Shown here: piece by piece, positions 60,135 through 64,000 of the stretch
Layout of the letters: every line of letters starts with the position of its first letter
How positions within the stretch are numbered: position 1 is the stretch's first letter
Origin: an uncultured delta proteobacterium
GTDB taxonomy: Bacteria; Myxococcota_A; Polyangia; Polyangiales; B10-G4
Direction: 5' to 3'
NCBI GenBank assembly: GCA_963727445.1
Contig: CAVSGI010000021.1
Location: 608,001-672,000, forward strand
DNA length: 64,000 nucleotides
Made by a program: the position numbers and the translations under genes
Notes under the pieces: generated by a model
The model's database searches: none
Told to the model about the DNA's origin: nothing
Seen by the model: the letters and a program-made list of their open reading frames with translations, nothing else

Positions 60135-61605
60135 ATGACCGACAAGCGCCTCGCCCGCGTGCTTCCGGTGCCGCGCTGGCCCACGGAAGAAGAAGCGAAG
60201 AAGCTCGCCTGGTTCCAGCCGGGGCGCATCGGCTCGCTCACCACTGCCAGATCGCACCTGGGTGCCGGCGATGGTGCCGTGGCGCGCCACCGAGGAGGGC
60301 TTCGTCACCCCGTCAGTCCTCGAATGGTATGGACGCTTCGCTCAGGGCAGGCCCGCGGTGCTCGTGGTCGAGGCGACCGGCGTGCGTGACGTCCCCAGCG
60401 GGCCGCTACTCCGCATCGGCCACGATCGTTTCATCGACGGTCTGTCCGAGCTGGTGCGCGTGGTGAGAGAAGCGAGTGACGGAGCGACGCGGCTCTTCAT
60501 TCAGCTGATCGACTTCCTGGCGGTTCGCCGTCGCCCGGCCAAGGACAAGTTCTTCGGTCGCTACCTCGCGATCGATTTCGCGCTCCGGCAGCGGATCGCG
60601 CAGCATCTCTCTTCGCCGGAGCTGGCCGAGGCGCCGGAGGCGGAGCTGCGCGCCCGTCTGCTGGACATGACCGACGAGGATCACGAGCAGCTCCTGAGCC
60701 CGAGAGATCTGGAGAGCCTGAGGCGCGGCTACCGGGAGCGCGTGACCGACGTGCACCTGCCGCACGTGCGCGATCTTCCGCGGACGCTCCCGCCCGTCTT
60801 CGCGGCCGCCGCCCTGCGCGCCAAGCGCGCTGGCTTCGACGGCGTCGAGCTCCATTACGCCCACGCCTACACCATGGCTTCCTTCCTGTCGGCGCGAAAC
60901 GATCGCGCCGACGGATACGGCGGGCCGCGCGAGAGCCGCGCACGGCTGCCCCTCGAGGTCTACGAAGCCGTGCGTGCCGCGGTGGGGGCGGACTACCCCG
61001 TCGGCGCGCGCTTTCTCGGCGACGAGGTGATCGAAGGGGGCAACCGGATCGACGACGCCGTCTACTTCGCCGAGCGCTTCGCCGAAGCGGGCATGGACTT
61101 CTTGAGCGTCTCGAAGGGCGGCAAGTTCGAGGACGCGAAGGAGCCGAAGGTCGGCCAGGCGATCTATCCCTACACCGGCCCGAGCGGGCACGAGTGCATG
61201 CCCACCGTGCGCATCGACGAACGGGGGCCCTTCGGACGCAACGTTTCGCTCGCGGGGGCGGTGAGGCGTGCCGTTCGCGCCAGGGGGCGCGAGACGCCGG
61301 TGGTCGCGGCCGGCGGGATCTGCAGCCCGTGGCAGGTCGAGGAGATCTTCGAGGCCGAGGACGCCGACTTCGTCGCCGCGGCGCGGCAGAGCCTGGCCGA
61401 CCCCGACTGGTTCGAGAAGATCCGCCTGGGGCGCGGCGACGAGGTCCGGCGCTGTCTCTTCACGAACTACTGCGAGGCGCTCGATCAGGCGCACAAGGAG
61501 GTCACCTGTCAGAGGTGGGATCGGGTCTTTCCGGAGGACGAAGTGGGGTCGGTGCTGCGGAGCGCCGACGGCCGTCGCCGCCTCGTCGCGCCACCCTGGA
61601 AGTGA
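60135..61605 (+). CDS. NADH:flavin oxidoreductase (Old Yellow Enzyme family; frameshift near 60249)
   Basis: RTWVPAMVPWRA, VEATG, AGFDGVELHYAHAY, NDRADGYGG, AAGGI, ARQSLADPDW. Confidence 0.88.
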
Positions 61606-61636
61606 TCACGGCGGCGGTCCCTGCCGGCCCCCGCCG

Positions 61637-63038
61637 TCAGCGTGAAGCCGAGAAGTCTCCGCTGAACTCGCTCCCCACCAGCGTGCCCTCCCAGACGCCC
61701 GGCCCGATCTCACGCCCGCTGACGATCGGGCCACTGCCCTTGAGCGTGATGACGGAGAGGTCGAGACGCGCGTCGTCGATCGCCGCCACCAAGAGGCCGG
61801 TGAGCCGGGTGAGCTCCGAATCGCAAGCGGTCTCCACCGCGATGCGCACCCCCGGGTAGTCCAGCGCGCTCTCGGCAGCGCCCGCGGCGCCGCTGCAGAA
61901 TCCACTCGACGCGGCGGTGAGCGCGGACTCGAGCGTGCGATAGCGCCCGTCCGTTGCCTCGTAGACGATGGTGTTCGCGATCCAGGCGATGATGGCGCCG
62001 ATGCTCACGTCGAGATCGTGGCGGTGGATCAGGAAGCGGCCGCAGACCGCGTTCGCGGCGAACTCGTCGGGCTCGAAGCGGAAGTCGATGATGTCCTCGG
62101 GGCGGCCGCGCATGGTCATCCCGCGGTAGTCGAAGGAGACCTCGTTCCACACATGCGTCCCGCGATAGTGGTCGACCTCGGTGCCGGGGTTCAGCGTCAT
62201 GGTCTCCGCCACGCGCCAGGTCGACAGGATGTCGTTCAGAATCTGCGATGGCGCCGAGGAGCTGCCGCGCCCAGGGCGGGAGGTAGCTCTCCGCGAAGGA
62301 GCGGATCGCTGATTCGAGCGCGGACTCGAGGAAGCTCGGCAGCCCCGTGTCGAGGCTGGTGCTCTCTCCGGCGATGAACCGAAAAGGTCCCGAGACCGCA
62401 TCCAGAAACGAGCTGAGCCAATCCGGCAGCGCTTCGCGGAAGCGGAGGACCGAACCCATCGACCAGGTGCCGGTCAGGTCCGGGTTGGTGATCATGCACG
62501 CGGCGGTGGGGATGCAAGCGCCGGCCTCGCAGAGGAAGTCACCGCTGCAGTCGACATCCGCGACACATCCCGACGGCGTGGCGCCGCACATGCCGGATAC
62601 GCAGGCGAGCCCCACCGGACAATCCACGGTGGTGGTGCACGCGGTCCCCCGGGGATCGGGTGAGCAATGCCCCGCGATGCAGAGGTTTTCGAGGCACTCG
62701 TCGTCGAACTCGCAGACGGCTCCATCGGGATCGGGCTGCACGCAGACGCCCATGCGGCACTCACCGGGGGCGGGGCACTCCCCGCAGCTCGTGCCATCGC
62801 CGCGCGTGCCGTCCCAACCGGGCTCGACGCAGCGCCGCGCCCCGTCGACTTCGCGGCAGACGTAGGCGCCGCAGTCCTCGTCGCGATCGCAATCGTTGAT
62901 CGCGTCCCCGCCACCGGGATCGGAGGCGTACGGCGCCCCCGGGTCTTCCCCGAGGCTTCCGGCGGCGCAGCCGGCGGTCGACAGGAGCAGAATGGACAAG
63001 AGGCCGAAGGAGGAGCGAAGACCCGGGTCGAGGAGCAC
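61637..63038 (-). CDS. Cys-rich lipoprotein with an unknown C-terminal domain (frameshift at 62239-62243)
   Basis: Lipobox TAGC; CxxDxDC modules; ORFs 61710..63155 and 61637..62401 join as LGAIADLNDILSTW; start approximate. Confidence 0.65.
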
Positions 63039-63293
63039 GTCAACAGCCGTACTCAAGGTTCGTGCCGCGCGCCTTCCGCCTTCAGGCTCGGGATCCAGCG
63101 GTGCGGGTGGCGGCTCTTCAGCCAGCCTGGGGTCCGTGGTCCGGGGTCGAGGCACACCACCGCGGCGGCGTCGAAGCTGCTTCTACGCCCAAGATTCGAC
63201 GGATCTTCCCCGCCCTGCCGAAAAGCGGGAAACCAAAACTTTTCCGGTCACGGAGCGTCTATTCGATGTCACTGGGAATCACCGGGAGGGAAG

Positions 63294-64000
63294 ATGGACG
63301 TCACGCTGGTACTCACGCACGACTGCAATCTGGGCTGTGGGTATTGCTACGCCGGCGCGAAGTTCAACAAGCGGATGAGCCCCGAGGTGGCCGAGAAGTC
63401 GCTCGACCTCGCCTTCTCCGACGACGCCGAAGAGGTGCAGATCTCCTTCTTCGGGGGCGAGCCTCTCTTGTGCTGGGATGCCCTGGTGGCGAACGCCGAG
63501 GAGGCGCGTCGCCGCGCCGCTCGCGCCGGCAAGTCGCTCAAGATGAGCGTCACCACCAACGGCACGCTCCTCACCGACGCGCGCGCGCAGAAGCTCGAAG
63601 AGCTCGGCGTCTACGTGGGCCTCTCCATCGACGGGATCCGCGAGGCGCACGACGCCGGTCGGCCGAAGATGGGCGGTGGATTCGAGCTTCGAGGACGTCG
63701 AGCGGGGGCTCGAGATCCTGGTGCGACGGGGGACTCCCTTCGAGACAATCTCGGTGGTCACCCCCAAGAACGTTCGCTGGCTCGGTGAGTCGGTGCGGTG
63801 GCTCCTCGAGAGGGGCGTGCCGCGCGTGGGGCTCAACCCCTGCTACGAGGCGCATTTCACCGACGACGATCTCCGCGCTCTACGGACAGGGGCTGGCCGA
63901 CGCCGCAGAGGCGATGACTGCCTGCTACCGAAGTGGACGGGTCGTCTCCATCACGGTCTTCGACAACAAGATCCTCGCGGCGCTCAAGGGCGGTCTGAGC
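63294..64000 (+). CDS. Radical SAM protein, anaerobic-sulfatase-maturase/SPASM-like (3' truncated; frameshifts near 63681 and 63873)
   Basis: LTHDCNLGCGYCY (CxxxCxxC), FFGGEPLL, TTNGTLL, LSIDG..HD..R; SD GGGAGGG. Confidence 0.88.

Noticed and set aside
339..64000. Mass pseudogenisation or programmed ribosomal frameshifting
   Set aside because: Each break is a single-base indel at GATC or in a short run, catalytic motifs are intact, and there are no in-frame stops or slippery heptamers; sequencing error is more parsimonious.
53445..64000. tldD/pmbA plus radical SAM as a RiPP cluster
   Set aside because: About 7 kb apart with unrelated genes between; TldD/PmbA are widespread housekeeping proteases and no precursor is seen.
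1..64000. tRNA, rRNA, IS elements, integrases or prophage
   Set aside because: No recognisable cloverleaf, rRNA signature, transposase/integrase motif or terminal repeats found by eye; small RNAs cannot be excluded without a covariance search.

Overview
A very GC-rich, gene-dense chromosomal segment. Gene content (many Cys-rich lipoproteins with DAG/DGG linkers, a CglD-like TSP3+vWA lipoprotein, an ECF-FecR pair, a Ser/Thr kinase, DUF2330 and DUF4388 proteins, a squalene synthase) points to a myxobacterium, probably Polyangia/Sandaracinaceae-like (inference). About 50 CDS were found: surface/secreted lipoproteins, a P3A-type H+-ATPase, a LytS/LytTR pair, a DUF2849-cysI-DUF934-cysH sulfur-assimilation operon, beta-oxidation enzymes, a wbpB/D/E-like sugar triad, lepB, tldD/pmbA, an OYE-family flavoenzyme and a truncated radical SAM gene. 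No rRNA, tRNA, CRISPR array, transposase or prophage was recognised. About 13 single-base frameshifts split otherwise intact genes. At least 7 are repaired exactly by GATTC/GAATC -> GATC, which suggests basecalling errors at a methylated GATC motif rather than pseudogenes. Other highlights: an 18-repeat Cys-rich lipoprotein whose cysteine gains and losses co-vary between neighbouring repeats (inter-repeat disulfide staples with hinges), widespread leaderless-type promoters including two overlapping bidirectional -10 pairs, a long hairpin that occludes the RBS of the cys operon, and a membrane protein with two eukaryote-like FBXL4/pappalysin-type jelly-roll domains. All family assignments come from motif recognition by eye; no database searches were run.
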